DNA of 64,000 nucleotides from Candidatus Micrarchaeia archaeon. Its GTDB lineage: Bacteria > Chloroflexota > Dormibacteria > Aeolococcales > Bog-877. The notes below the pieces were generated by a model. That model was not told the origin of the DNA. It ran no database searches and was given only the letters and a program-made list of their open reading frames with translations. The DNA lies in NCBI GenBank assembly GCA_035533215.1, contig DATLUG010000031.1, forward strand, positions 18,420 to 82,419, given 5' to 3'. The position numbers and the translations under genes were made by a program. Every line of letters starts with the position of its first letter. The first letter of the stretch is position 1. Positions 1-9,753 of this stretch are shown here, piece by piece.

Positions 1-948
1 GTGGGGGTTGTGGCCACCGTCGACCAGCACCGGGGGCGCCGTGCCGACCAGTTGCAGACGCCCCGGCCAGCGCGCGTCGCGCACCCCCGCCCGGACGGCC
101 GCCTCTGGGACGGCAAGGCCGCGTCGCCCAAGGCAGGTGGCCGCCCCGACCGCCAGCGCGGCGTTGGTGAGCTGGATGTCGCCGGCCAGCGTGAGGGTGA
201 GGTCGGTCCATCGCTCCGCCGCCGTCGCAACGGCGATCCGGCGCGGCCCATCCGTACCCGGCCCCTCGGCGTCGACGGTCAGCTGCTCACCCAGCGCGAG
301 CACGGTGGCGCCGACCCGCTCGGCCGCGGCCCGCACCTCCGCCAGGGCGGGGCCGCTGCAGCCGGTCACCACGTCGTTGCCGGGCTTGATGATCGCCGCC
401 TTCTCGACCGCGATCGCCTCCAGGGTGGTGCCGAGCTGGGCCTGATGGTCGAGCCCGATGGTGCTGATGACAGCCACCCCGCCGTCGTAGATGTTGGTCG
501 CGTCGAGGCGGCCGCCGAGCCCGACCTCGCACACGATGGCCTCGACGTCGAAGGTCGCCGCCGCGAGGAAGCCGGCCGCGGTGATGAGCTCGTGATGGGT
601 CGGGGCCCCGACCGAGGCCGCCAGCCCGGTACCGGCCGCTGCGGTCCGGGCGATGAGGTCGGCGAACACGTCCTCCGAGACGGGGTCGCCACCGACGCAG
701 ATGCGCTCGCGGTAGCTGGTGAGATGCGGCTTGGTCAGGCGGAGGACTCGGTGGCCGGCGGCGCGGAGGATCGCATCGCTGATCGCGCACACCGACCCCT
801 TGCCGTTGGTGCCGGCGACCAGGATCCCGGGCCGGCCCGCCTGGGGGTCGCCCAGCCGCGCGCAGAGCGCCCGCACCCGCCCCAGCCCGAGCCGCATGCC
901 GCGCCGGGCCGCCCGCTCCAGCTCGGAGAGCGCCTCCTCGTAGGTCAT
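1..948 (-). CDS. folC: Folylpolyglutamate synthase / dihydrofolate synthase (FolC); C-terminal part cut by window edge
   Basis: Absent from the ORF track because it runs off the left edge. My translation of the minus strand from ATG 948 gives MTYEEALSELERAARRGMRLGLGRVRALCARLGDPQAGRPGILVAGTNGKGSVCA..., with the Mur-ligase P-loop VAGTNGKGS. The frame is still open at position 1 (...VLVDGGHNPH). Confidence 0.85.
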   Translation of the reverse strand, partial: MTYEEALSELERAARRGMRLGLGRVRALCARLGDPQAGRPGILVAGTNGKGSVCAISDAILRAAGHRVLRLTKPHLTSYRERICVGGDPVSEDVFADLIARTAAAGTGLAASVGAPTHHELITAAGFLAAATFDVEAIVCEVGLGGRLDATNIYDGGVAVISTIGLDHQAQLGTTLEAIAVEKAAIIKPGNDVVTGCSGPALAEVRAAAERVGATVLALGEQLTVDAEGPGTDGPRRIAVATAAERWTDLTLTLAGDIQLTNAALAVGAATCLGRRGLAVPEAAVRAGVRDARWPGRLQLVGTAPPVLVDGGHNPH

Positions 949-988
949 CGCCGACATCTTCGCTCCCCCGGCCGTCCGGGCCTCTGGG

Positions 989-2047
989 ATGCTGGCAGCC
1001 ATGCCGCCACGGCGCCCCCCCCGTCCCCGCCGCGCCGGCCCGCTCCTCGGCCTCCTGTGCGCCGTCGCGCTGACCGCCTGCGCCGGACGACCGGCGCCGG
1101 GCCCGGGCCCGGCGGTGCCGACGGTGTCGCGCACCCCGACCCCGCTGCCCTTCGGCATCCTGCCGCTCGGTGGAGTCGCCGCCGAGCCGCTGCGCCTCGC
1201 CGGCCCCTTCGTCGCGGACGGCCGTCTGGCGGCGGCTCCGGCCGAGGTCGCGGTCAGCCGGGTGCCCTTCAACCCGTCGACGGCGGTGGCCGACTTCGCC
1301 AGGGGCCTGGGCCTCGTCGGCCCCCCGATGGCGATCGGCGGCGGACTCGCCTACAACCTCGGCGCCGGCACCGGCTTCCAGCTCACGACCGCGGCCGGCC
1401 TGCTCACCTTCGCCCTCCACCCCAACCATCCGGTGGAGGAGATCGGCGCGACCCCCACCGTCGCCGAGGCCGACCGGGTGGCGCGCGCGTTCGTCGCCCG
1501 CCACCACCTCCTGGCCGGCGGCGGCCTGACCCTGCTGCCGGCGCTCACGCGCGTCAACGGCTCCGACCGTCGCATCACCTACGATCTCACCCTGATGGGG
1601 CTCCCGGTCGTCGACATCACCGGGGCGCCGGCCCGGATCGAGGTTGATGTCGCCACCGACGGCTACGGCCGGATGGCCGTGGTCGGAGCCGGCGGACGAC
1701 TCCCGTACCCGGCGGTGGGGGCGCGGGCCCGCTACCGGACCGTGAGCCCGACCGAGGTGGTGACGGCGCTCGATCGACGCCGGGTGGACCCCGGACGCTA
1801 CCGACTCGCACCCGATCTCCGGCCCTATCCGCCCGCCCGACCGGCCCCGCGCCCCGCCGCCCCCGCGCGCCTGGTGGGTGACCAGCTGGCGGTGGTGGTG
1901 GACGCCGGTTTCGCCGTGCCCGTGTACGTCTTCCGGGTGGCCGGCCGCCCCCGGATCCACCGGTTCGTCACCTGCGCCCTCCCCACCACCAGCTGCCTGC
2001 CGCTCCGCTACGCCGCCCCCGCCTCCCCCCGGCCCTCGCGCGGCTGA
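989..2047 (+). CDS. Putative lipoprotein, function unknown
   Basis: ORF track 989..2047. The N-terminus RRAGPLLGLLCAVALTAC looks like a signal peptide plus lipobox Cys. No family recognised. Confidence 0.5.
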   Translation: MLAAMPPRRPPRPRRAGPLLGLLCAVALTACAGRPAPGPGPAVPTVSRTPTPLPFGILPLGGVAAEPLRLAGPFVADGRLAAAPAEVAVSRVPFNPSTAVADFARGLGLVGPPMAIGGGLAYNLGAGTGFQLTTAAGLLTFALHPNHPVEEIGATPTVAEADRVARAFVARHHLLAGGGLTLLPALTRVNGSDRRITYDLTLMGLPVVDITGAPARIEVDVATDGYGRMAVVGAGGRLPYPAVGARARYRTVSPTEVVTALDRRRVDPGRYRLAPDLRPYPPARPAPRPAAPARLVGDQLAVVVDAGFAVPVYVFRVAGRPRIHRFVTCALPTTSCLPLRYAAPASPRPSRG

Positions 2048-2665
2048 TCCGGCGGGGGCGCCGGCGACCGCCGGCTCGGTCGGTGACGTCGACCGCGCCG
2101 GCCGGGACCACCGTGACCCCCTCGCGGGCCCGGTCACGCTCCACCGCGCTGACAATGGTCCGGGCCGGCTCGGCGTTGTCGTAGGTGGCGCGCGCGTCGG
2201 CGGCCAGCGTCACCGCGAAGCCGTGGCGGAGGGCGCCGCCGCCGGTGGCGGGGTGCCGTGCGCGCTCGGCATCCGGCCGACCACGATCGAGCGCACCCCC
2301 CGTCGGCTGAGCGCTGCGGCCAGGTCGGGGTTGGATGCGCAGGGGTCCGACCCCCGCGTGCGCACGACGGCCTCGCCGGGTACAGGCGCGAGCGCCAGCT
2401 CCCATCCCACCGTCCCGGACGCGTCGGGGGATCCGGCCGGCCCGTCGTTGTGGACCTGGACCACGACCGTCCCCGCCGCCCGGGCACGGGCCGGGAGTCC
2501 CGCCCGCTCGCCGCGCACGGCAGCCGCGCCCGGGACCGCCTGGTCCCCCTCCAGCATGGTGCGCTGGGCGTCCACCGGGAGCAGCGCCGTCCCCGCCGGG
2601 CGACCGTACCGAGACCGGTCGGCGAGGGTCAACCGGGCCGCCGGGCATCCGGCGGCGCCGCTCAC
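1968..2665 (-). pseudogene. Isochorismatase/nicotinamidase-family hydrolase, apparently frameshifted
   Basis: The N-terminal ~130 aa lie in the frame of ORF 2210..2665 (GTALLPVDAQ, VVVQVHNDG, GWELA..PGEAVVRTRGSD, GVRSIVVG). The family-typical C-terminus lies in the frame of ORF 1968..2648 (GGALRHGFAVTLAADARATYDN...VTVVPAGAV). The frame switch is near 2255-2285. The GTG at 2665 overlaps the pntB stop (GTGA). Confidence 0.5.
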
Positions 2666-4056
2666 GCCGCCTTCACCACCGCCACCAGCTTGGTCAGCGA
2701 GTCCTTGGCGTCACCGAACATCAGCACGGTCTTGGGGTCGTACAGCAGCTCGTTGTCGATGCCGGCGAAGCCAGGCCGCATCGAGCGCTTCAGGAACACG
2801 ATCGCGTGGGCCTGGTCGACGTCCAGGATCGGCATCCCGAAGATCGGGCTGCCGGGGGTGCTGCGGGCGGCGGGGTTGACGACATCGTTGGCGCCCACCA
2901 CCAGGGCCACGTCGGTGTTCTTGAAGCTGTCGTTGATGACGTCCATCTCCTTGAGCTGCTCGTAGGGGACGTTGGCCTCCGCCAGGAGCACATTCATGTG
3001 CCCCGGCATCCTCCCGGCGACCGGATGGATGGCGTAGTCGACCGTCACCCCGCGGCGCTCCAGGGCGTCGGCCAGCTCCCGGGCCGCGTGCTGGGCCTGG
3101 GCCACCGCCAGTCCGTACCCGGGGACGATGATCACCCGCTGCGCGTACGCCAGCAGGGTGCCGATGTCCTCGGCGCCGCCGGCGCGCACGCTCCGCCCCT
3201 CGGGCCCGGCGGTGGCGCCGACCGTGGCCACCACCTGGCCGAAGGCGCCGAACAGGATGTTGCCGAGGGAGCGGCCCATGGCGTCCGACATCATCTTGGT
3301 GAGGAAGGTGCCGGAGGCGCCCACCAGGGTGCCGCCGACGATGAGCACCGGGCTGCCCACGACAAAGCCGTCCCCGGCCACGGCCAGGCCGGTGAAGGCG
3401 TTGAGCAGCGAGATCACGACCGGCATGTCGGCCCCGCCGATGGGGAGGACGAACGCCACCCCCAGGAGGAGGGCGAGCAGGAGCAGGGCCAGGAGCGCCG
3501 CCCCGCCGACCCCGCTCACCACCAGCAGCACCGACAGGACCACGATCGCCACCGCCACCGCCCCGTTGACCGCCTGCTGGCCGGCGTAGGTGATGGGGGT
3601 GCCCCGCATCAGCTCCTGCAGCTTGGCGTACGCGATCCCGGAGCCGGAGAAGCTGACCGCCCCGATCACGACGCTGAACACCACCGGGAGGGAGAGGGCG
3701 AGGGCGGCGCCCCCGACCGGGGCGCGCAGGTACTCCGCCGCCCCCACCAGCGCCGCCGCTCCCCCGCCGACGCCGTTGAACGAGGCCACCATCTGCGGCA
3801 TCGCGGTCATCCGCACCGCCCGCGCGGCCAGCGCTCCCACCGGTGCCCCCACCACGATCCCCAGCGCGATCAGCCCCAGGGTGAGGCCGCTGGGGTGGAG
3901 GAGGGGGACGGTGGTCCCGAGCGCCAGCGCCATCCCCACGGCGGCGATGAGGTTGCCGCGGCGGGCGTGGCGGGGGGAGCTCAGCTGGCTCAGCCCGACG
4001 ATGAAGAGGACCGCCGCCAGGAGGTAGAGGAGGGTGAGGCCGGGCGGAGGGCTCAC
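2662..4056 (-). CDS. pntB: NAD(P) transhydrogenase subunit beta
   Basis: ORF track, 464 aa. Multi-TM N-terminal part followed by a soluble C-terminal domain (YAIHPVAGRMPGHMNVLLAEANVPY, GANDVVNPAA). The GTG start overlaps the pntAB stop (GTGA). Confidence 0.95.
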   Translation of the reverse strand: MSPPPGLTLLYLLAAVLFIVGLSQLSSPRHARRGNLIAAVGMALALGTTVPLLHPSGLTLGLIALGIVVGAPVGALAARAVRMTAMPQMVASFNGVGGGAAALVGAAEYLRAPVGGAALALSLPVVFSVVIGAVSFSGSGIAYAKLQELMRGTPITYAGQQAVNGAVAVAIVVLSVLLVVSGVGGAALLALLLLALLLGVAFVLPIGGADMPVVISLLNAFTGLAVAGDGFVVGSPVLIVGGTLVGASGTFLTKMMSDAMGRSLGNILFGAFGQVVATVGATAGPEGRSVRAGGAEDIGTLLAYAQRVIIVPGYGLAVAQAQHAARELADALERRGVTVDYAIHPVAGRMPGHMNVLLAEANVPYEQLKEMDVINDSFKNTDVALVVGANDVVNPAARSTPGSPIFGMPILDVDQAHAIVFLKRSMRPGFAGIDNELLYDPKTVLMFGDAKDSLTKLVAVVKAA

Positions 4057-4358
4057 GGCGGTCCCGGTCGGCGCGGCCGGCGGCTCTTGAACATCTCCAG
4101 CATCCGGTCGGTGACCACGAAGCCGCCCACCACGTTGATGGTGGCGAGCGCCACCGCCACCACCCCGACGGCCAGCTGGAGGGCGCCGTGGGCAGAGGCG
4201 GTGATCAGGATCGCCCCCACCAGGATCACGCCGTGGATGGCGTTGCTGCCCGACATCAGCGGGGTGTGCAGGATGGTCGGGACCCGGGAGATGACCGCGA
4301 ACCCCACGAACACCGCCAGCACCAGGATCGAGATCTCGCTGACCAGGTGGGCGTTCAC
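4053..4358 (-). CDS. pntAB: NAD(P) transhydrogenase subunit alpha part 2 (membrane)
   Basis: C-terminal 101 aa of ORF 4053..5267, from GTG 4358: VNAHLVSEISILVLAVFVGFAVISRVPTILHTPLMSGSNAIHGVILVGAI... There are 3-4 TM helices. The rest of that ORF is off-frame noise. Confidence 0.9.
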   Translation of the reverse strand: MNAHLVSEISILVLAVFVGFAVISRVPTILHTPLMSGSNAIHGVILVGAILITASAHGALQLAVGVVAVALATINVVGGFVVTDRMLEMFKSRRPRRPGPP

Positions 4359-5479
4359 TGGAGCGCCTCCCGCATCTGGGGGTTGCGGACCTCGCCGTCG
4401 TGGATGGCGCAGCTCTGGCTGGTGATGGCGTCGTCGAAGTCCAGCACCAGCTCGCCCTCCCTGACCAGGTGGGCCGCCACCTGGGCGACGTTGCGGCTGT
4501 AGACCTGGCTGGCCGCCACCGGCACCGTGGCGGGCAGGTTGCGCCAGCCGATGATCGTCACCCCGTGCCGGGAGACCTCCTCGCCCGCGACGGTCAGCTC
4601 GCAGTTGCCGCCGGTGTCGGCGGCGCCGTCGACGATCACCGAGCCCGCTCGCATCGCCTTCACCATGGCGTCGGTGACCAGCACCGGCGCCCGCCGCCCG
4701 GGGATCGCGGCGGTGGTGATCACCACGTCGCTGTCCGCCACCCGCTGGGCGACCAGCTCCCGCTGGCGGGTGAGGAACTCCTCGCTCTGGGCGCCGGCGT
4801 AGCCGCCGGTCCCCTCCTGCGCGTCCAACTCCAGCGCCACGAAGCGGGCTCCCAGGCTGGTCACCTCCTCCTTGGCCGCCGCCCGGACGTCGGTGGCCTC
4901 GACCACCGCGCCGAGTCGCCTCGCGGTCGCGATCGCCTGCAGCCCGGCGACGCCCGCCCCCATCACGAGGATCCGGGCGGGGGCGATGGTGCCGGCGGCG
5001 GTCATCTGCAGGGGCAGGATCTTGGGCAGCCGGGCCGCCGCCAGCAGCACCGCCTTGTAGCCGGCCAGCGAGGCCTGCGAGGAGAGGGCGTCCATCCCCT
5101 GGGCCCGGCTGATGCGGGGCACCAACTCGAAGCTGAAGGCGGTGATCCGGCGCTCGACCAGGAGACGCAGCACCGCCGCCGGGGTGGTGGCCGGCAGGAA
5201 GCCGACCAAAACCGAGCCCAGCGGGAGCAGCTCGGCCTCCTCGGCCGACGGCGGCTGCACCCGGCACACCAGCCGCGCGCCGGCGAGGCAGCCGGCGAGA
5301 TCGGGGGCGACGGTGGCCCCGGCCGCGGCCATGGCCTCGTCGGGACAGCCGGCGCCCGCGCCCGCGCCCGTCTGGACGACGGTGGTGAGCCCGAGCGGCG
5401 CCAGCCGGCGGATCGAGTCCGGGGTGGCCGCCACCCGGCGCTCCCCGGGCGCCGTCTCTCGCGGGATGGCGACCTTCAC
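4355..5479 (-). CDS. pntAA: NAD(P) transhydrogenase subunit alpha part 1 (NAD-binding)
   Basis: Within ORF 4355..5803, from GTG 5479: VKVAIPRETAPGERRVAATPDS... Rossmann motif ILVMGAGVAGLQAIATARRLGA. Stop overlaps the pntAB start. Confidence 0.9.
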   Translation of the reverse strand: MKVAIPRETAPGERRVAATPDSIRRLAPLGLTTVVQTGAGAGAGCPDEAMAAAGATVAPDLAGCLAGARLVCRVQPPSAEEAELLPLGSVLVGFLPATTPAAVLRLLVERRITAFSFELVPRISRAQGMDALSSQASLAGYKAVLLAAARLPKILPLQMTAAGTIAPARILVMGAGVAGLQAIATARRLGAVVEATDVRAAAKEEVTSLGARFVALELDAQEGTGGYAGAQSEEFLTRQRELVAQRVADSDVVITTAAIPGRRAPVLVTDAMVKAMRAGSVIVDGAADTGGNCELTVAGEEVSRHGVTIIGWRNLPATVPVAASQVYSRNVAQVAAHLVREGELVLDFDDAITSQSCAIHDGEVRNPQMREALQ

Positions 5480-5546
5480 AGCCGGGATGCTACCGGAGCG
5501 GTCCCGGCGGCGACCCGGCCGTGCCCCGGTCCGCCATGCTAGGCGG

Positions 5547-7046
5547 GTGCCTCTGCTGGACTCGTACCTGCGCCAGGTGCTCGGCGGCCGCAGGCCGATC
5601 GTGGTCGCCAACCGTCCCCCGGTCGACAGCCACCAGTCTGCGGATGGGACCGAGCGGATCACCCGCGGGGGCGGTGGCCTGGTCACCGCGATGGGGGCGC
5701 TGGCGCGGGCCACCGACGCCGTCTGGGTGGCCGCCGAGCGCGGCGAGGCCGACCGCCGCCTCGCCCAGCGCGGGGGGGGCGATGCTCCCACCACCGTCAC
5801 CACCGACGACGGCGAACGGTTCCGGGTGGCCTACGTCGCCACCGACCCCGCCGCCTACGCTCGCTACTACAACGAGATCAGCAATCCCCTGCTGTGGTTC
5901 ATCCAGCACTACCTCTGGGACCTCGGCCGCCAGCCGATCCTCGACGCCCGCACCGAGCAGGCCTGGCGGGACGGCTACCTGGTCGTCAACGAGGCCTTCG
6001 CGGAGCGGGTGGTGGCGGAGGCCGAGCGGCTGGACCAGCCGGTGCTGGTCCTGACCCAGGACTACCACCTCTACTGCCTGCCCCAGCTGGTGCGGGCGCG
6101 CCTCCCCCAGGCCCGCCTCCAGCATTTCATCCACGTGCCCTGGCCCACCCCCCAGTACTGGAAGGTGCTGCCCCGGCACATGCGCGACGGCATCGTCGTG
6201 GGACTCCTCGGCAACGACATCGTGGGCCTGCAGACGTCGCTGGACGTGCGCAACTTCCTGCTCACCTGCGAGGAGAACCTGGGGCTGGCGGTCGACCATC
6301 GGGAGCGCACGGTCTTCGTCGACGGCCGCTCGGTGTGGGTGCGTCCGTATCCGATCTCCATCGACGTGCCCCAACTGGAGGCGCTCGCCCGCCACGAGGA
6401 GGTGCTCCGGCAGGAGGCGCTGATCGCCGCCTGGCGCCCGGAGTACCTCATCCTGCGGGTCGACCGCACCGACCTCAGCAAGAACATCGTGCGCGGGTTC
6501 CTCGCCTACGAGCGACTCCTCGAGACCCACACCGAGCTGCGCGGGCGAGTCGTCTTCTGGGCCTTCCTGCAGCGCTCACGGCAGAACGTCGATGCCTATC
6601 GCTCCTACCTCGGCGCCGTGGTGGGCACCGCCGCCCGGGTCAACCGCCGCTTCCAGACCGGGGCCTGGATGCCGATCCGACTGGAGGTGGAGGAGAACAT
6701 GTACAAGGCGGTCGCCGCCTACAAGTCGTTCGACGCCCTCTTGGTCAACCCGATCTACGACGGCATGAACCTGGTCGCCAAGGAGGGGGTGGTCTGCAAC
6801 ACCCGCGGCGGGGTGCTGGTGCTGAGCGAGAACGCCGGCTGCCACGAGGAGCTGGGGAACTCCGCCCTCACCATCAACCCCTTCGACATCGACCAGACCG
6901 CCGAGGCCCTCCGCTTCGCCCTCACCCTGCCCGAGGGGGAGCGCCAGCACCGCGCCCAGGAGCTCCGCCAGACCGTCCGCAGCGCGGACATCACCCGCTG
7001 GATCACCCAGCAGCTCCAGGACCTGCGCGACCTGCTGGGCGACTGA
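5547..7046 (+). CDS. otsA: Trehalose-6-phosphate synthase (GT20)
   Basis: In-frame part of ORF 5112..7046, from GTG 5547. Motifs: ISNPLLWFIQHYLWD, LTQDYHLYCLPQLVR, NPIYDGMNLVAKEG. Confidence 0.9.
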   Translation: MPLLDSYLRQVLGGRRPIVVANRPPVDSHQSADGTERITRGGGGLVTAMGALARATDAVWVAAERGEADRRLAQRGGGDAPTTVTTDDGERFRVAYVATDPAAYARYYNEISNPLLWFIQHYLWDLGRQPILDARTEQAWRDGYLVVNEAFAERVVAEAERLDQPVLVLTQDYHLYCLPQLVRARLPQARLQHFIHVPWPTPQYWKVLPRHMRDGIVVGLLGNDIVGLQTSLDVRNFLLTCEENLGLAVDHRERTVFVDGRSVWVRPYPISIDVPQLEALARHEEVLRQEALIAAWRPEYLILRVDRTDLSKNIVRGFLAYERLLETHTELRGRVVFWAFLQRSRQNVDAYRSYLGAVVGTAARVNRRFQTGAWMPIRLEVEENMYKAVAAYKSFDALLVNPIYDGMNLVAKEGVVCNTRGGVLVLSENAGCHEELGNSALTINPFDIDQTAEALRFALTLPEGERQHRAQELRQTVRSADITRWITQQLQDLRDLLGD

Positions 7047-7069
7047 CCGGCGGGGCCGGCGGGCGGTCC

Positions 7070-7897
7070 TCACGCCGCCAGCTGCGCCAGCAGCTCGGCC
7101 CAGGTCCGGGGACCCGCCAGCACCCCGGTCGCCACCCGGAGCAGGGCGCGGGGCGTCTCCGGCCCGGTGACCGCGAGGGCGGCCGCCACCGCCAGGCCGG
7201 GCCGGCCGGCGAGGAGCCGGAGGGCGGGGACGTCGCCCCGGTCGTCGCCGGCGAACACCGCCGCGGCGGGACGGGTCGCCTCCAGCAGGCCCAGGAGCGC
7301 TGTCCCCTTGGAGCAGCGCAGCGGCGGCACCAGCTCCAGGACCAGACGTCCGCGGACCAGCTTGAGCCCGACGCTCCTCGCCAGCTGCCGCAGCTCGATC
7401 GCCAGCCGGCGCTCCAGGGGCACCCGCTGACCGACCACCTCGCGGAGGTGGACCGAGATCCCCCAGGGCTTCCGCACCACCCGGACCCCCGGGGGCGAGC
7501 CGACGACGGCGCGCTCGACCGCGGCCGTCACCCCCTCCCAGTCGTGGGCCCACTGGCGCAGCCAGGCGACGGCCCTGGCATCGGGGCGCGCCTCGCCGTC
7601 GACCCACCGCTCCAGCCCGTAGCTGCCGATGAGGGTGAGGCCGGGGATCGGGCACAGCTGCGCGAGCAGGGTGGCGTGGCGGCCGCTCACCACCGCCACC
7701 GGGGTCCGGTCCACCAGCCGCTCCAGCGCCCGCCGCGCGGTGGGGAGCATCGCCGACCGGGTGGGGTCGGTCACGATCGGCGCCAGGGTGCCGTCGAAGT
7801 CGGAGGCGACCAGGCAGCGCCCCGCCGCCACCATCGGTCGCAGCCTGGAGACCAGCTCCGCCGGCGCGTGGCGGAGTCGGCAGGCCGTGGGCGACAT
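7070..7897 (-). CDS. otsB: Trehalose-6-phosphate phosphatase (HAD family)
   Basis: Within ORF 7070..8011, from ATG 7897. HAD motif I LVASDFDGTLAPIV, CSKGTAL, and a late acidic motif AVFAGDDRGD. Confidence 0.85.
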   Translation of the reverse strand: MSPTACRLRHAPAELVSRLRPMVAAGRCLVASDFDGTLAPIVTDPTRSAMLPTARRALERLVDRTPVAVVSGRHATLLAQLCPIPGLTLIGSYGLERWVDGEARPDARAVAWLRQWAHDWEGVTAAVERAVVGSPPGVRVVRKPWGISVHLREVVGQRVPLERRLAIELRQLARSVGLKLVRGRLVLELVPPLRCSKGTALLGLLEATRPAAAVFAGDDRGDVPALRLLAGRPGLAVAAALAVTGPETPRALLRVATGVLAGPRTWAELLAQLAA

Positions 7898-7947
7898 CAG
7901 CCTCCATGGTAGGTAGAGCGCGAGCGGCGATCGGGTACTCTCAAAGC

Positions 7948-8352
7948 ATGCCGCCGCCGGAGCGTGCCGTGCCTGCCGCCGACGAGTCGTTGCGCGGGAT
8001 CGTGGACGCACTCGCCGACGAAGCCGGCGCGCTCCTCCGCGCCGAGGTGCGGCTGGCCCGGGCGGAGCTGCTGGCGACCCTCCGGCGCGCCGCCTGGCTC
8101 CTCGCCGGGGCGGTGGTGGCCCTGGTCGGCTTCGGCTATCTGGTCGGCTTCGGGCTGGCGATCCTGATCGCCTGGCGGGGCAACCACACCCTGGTCGCCG
8201 GGATCGTCGCCGGGGCCTTCCTGCTGGTGGCGCTGGCCGGGGCCGCGGTCGCCGTCGGACACCGTCATCTGGCCCCCCTGGCGCTGACCCGCGCCAGCCT
8301 TCGGGAAGACGTGGAATGGGCGAGAGCGCAGACCAAGCGCGCCAGGCCGTAG
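7948..8352 (+). CDS. Small membrane protein, actinobacterial holin-X/DUF1469-like
   Basis: ATG 7948 within ORF 7906..8352. Charged N-terminus, then two TM helices (AAWLLAGAVVALVGFGYLVGFGLAILIAW; LVAGIVAGAFLLVALAGAAVAV). Confidence 0.55.
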   Translation: MPPPERAVPAADESLRGIVDALADEAGALLRAEVRLARAELLATLRRAAWLLAGAVVALVGFGYLVGFGLAILIAWRGNHTLVAGIVAGAFLLVALAGAAVAVGHRHLAPLALTRASLREDVEWARAQTKRARP

Positions 8353-8810
8353 CCGATACCCGCCTGCGGATGGCGGCGACCCTGGAGCGGCTCGAGCGCC
8401 GCCTTCGGGCCGACCTCGACCTGCGTCAGCGGCTGCGCCGCGAGGGCCCCCGGCTGGCGGCGACCGCCGCGATCGTGGTCACGGTCGGCACCGCGGTCTG
8501 GCTGCGCCGGCGGCACCGCCCGGGGCCGGATGCCGCCCCGGCCACGGCGGCGGAGTGGTTCGCCACCATGCCCAGGGCGTGGCAGGAGCAGCTCCAGCAG
8601 CTGGTCGAGGCCGGCGGCGGGGCGGGGGCCGCCGACGGGCGGCGTCCGGGGCGAAGGAGCGGGCGGCCCCTCTGGCAGACGGCGGCGCTGACCTCCGCCC
8701 GGGTCGTCCTCCCCCGCCTTCTCGCCGCCCGCGGCCGTTCGCGGTCAGCCGGGTCCGGGGGTCAGTCTCGACGGTCCTCGCTGGGTGGGAACGCCGGCCG
8801 CTCCGGCTGA
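8316..8810 (+). CDS. DUF3618-like coiled-coil/one-TM protein
   Basis: ORF track. N-terminal helical segment ADQARQAVADTRLRMAATLERLERRL, then one TM (LAATAAIVVTVGTAVWL). Overlaps the preceding gene by 37 nt. Confidence 0.45.
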   Translation: MGESADQARQAVADTRLRMAATLERLERRLRADLDLRQRLRREGPRLAATAAIVVTVGTAVWLRRRHRPGPDAAPATAAEWFATMPRAWQEQLQQLVEAGGGAGAADGRRPGRRSGRPLWQTAALTSARVVLPRLLAARGRSRSAGSGGQSRRSSLGGNAGRSG

Positions 8811-8815
8811 CGGGC

Positions 8816-9676
8816 ATGAGCGGCGCCCCCGCGTCCGTCGCCACCGCCGGTTCGGCGCAGGACCCGGCTGTCGCGGTCCGCGGGCTCACCAAGCGCTACG
8901 GCAACTTCACCGCGGTGGACGGGATCGACCTGGTCATCGCCAGGGGCGAGATCGTCGGCCTGCTGGGCCCCAACGGGGCGGGCAAGACCACCACCCTGCG
9001 GATGCTGTCCGGCCTCCTGCACCCGTCGGCGGGCACCGCTCGGGTGGCGGGCACCGACATCCAGCGCGACCCCCGCCGCGCCAAGGCCCGGCTGGGGTAT
9101 CTGGACGAGGAGCCGATCGTCTACCCGAACCTCACCGGCCGTGAGTTCCTGGAGTTCGTCTGCGACCTCTACGGCGTCCCCGGCGGAGCCGAGCGGCGCG
9201 ACCGGGTGCAGCGGCTCCTGCGCCTCTTCGAGCTCGCCGACAAGCAGGACGAGCTCATCGCCGGGTACAGCCATGGGATGCGCCAGAAGATCGGCCTGGC
9301 CTCGCTGCTCGTGCACGGGCCCGAGGTGCTCCTCCTCGACGAGCCCACCAATGGTCTCGACCCGCGCTCCGCCCGGCGGGTCAAGGACCTGCTCCAGGAG
9401 CTCAGCCGTCGGGGCGTCACGACGGTGCTGTCCACCCACATCCTGGAGATCGCCGAGGCGCTCTGCGACCGGGTGGCGATCATGGAGCGCGGTCGCATCA
9501 TCGCCATCGGGACCCTGGACGAGCTGCGCCGGGGGACCGACCAGGCCGGAGCCAGCCTGGAGGACCTCTTCCTCACCCTCACCGGCGGCCCGGAGTCGCG
9601 AGCCCTGGTCGACCGGCTGCTGGGGGAGGGCACCGCCGCCCGGCCGGTCGGCGGCCGGTCGGGGAGGGCTCCCTGA
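8816..9676 (+). CDS. ABC transporter ATP-binding protein (ABC-2/DrrA-like)
   Basis: ATG 8816 within ORF 8555..9676. Walker A GPNGAGKTT, signature YSHGMRQK, Walker B LLLLDEPTNGLD. Confidence 0.9.
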   Translation: MSGAPASVATAGSAQDPAVAVRGLTKRYGNFTAVDGIDLVIARGEIVGLLGPNGAGKTTTLRMLSGLLHPSAGTARVAGTDIQRDPRRAKARLGYLDEEPIVYPNLTGREFLEFVCDLYGVPGGAERRDRVQRLLRLFELADKQDELIAGYSHGMRQKIGLASLLVHGPEVLLLDEPTNGLDPRSARRVKDLLQELSRRGVTTVLSTHILEIAEALCDRVAIMERGRIIAIGTLDELRRGTDQAGASLEDLFLTLTGGPESRALVDRLLGEGTAARPVGGRSGRAP

Positions 9677-9753
9677 GCGCCCACGACCCCGCCGCCCAGG
9701 GGTGGGGCGGGGCAGAGCGGCGCGCCCCCCTCACGGCGATCGTCGTCGCCGAC

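Noticed and set aside
1-2155. ORFs 1..1647 (+) and 287..2155 (-)
   Set aside because: They overlap folC (minus strand, clear Mur-ligase motifs) and the lipoprotein gene. Their sequences are Arg/Pro/Gly-rich artefacts.
5112-5546. Upstream 145 codons of the otsA ORF, and similar 5' extensions of many track ORFs (for example 46982-47764, 50735-51136, 34457-34747)
   Set aside because: These extensions overlap upstream genes or regulatory RNA and have noise-like composition. Internal starts with an SD or a stop/start overlap fit the homologous protein N-termini.
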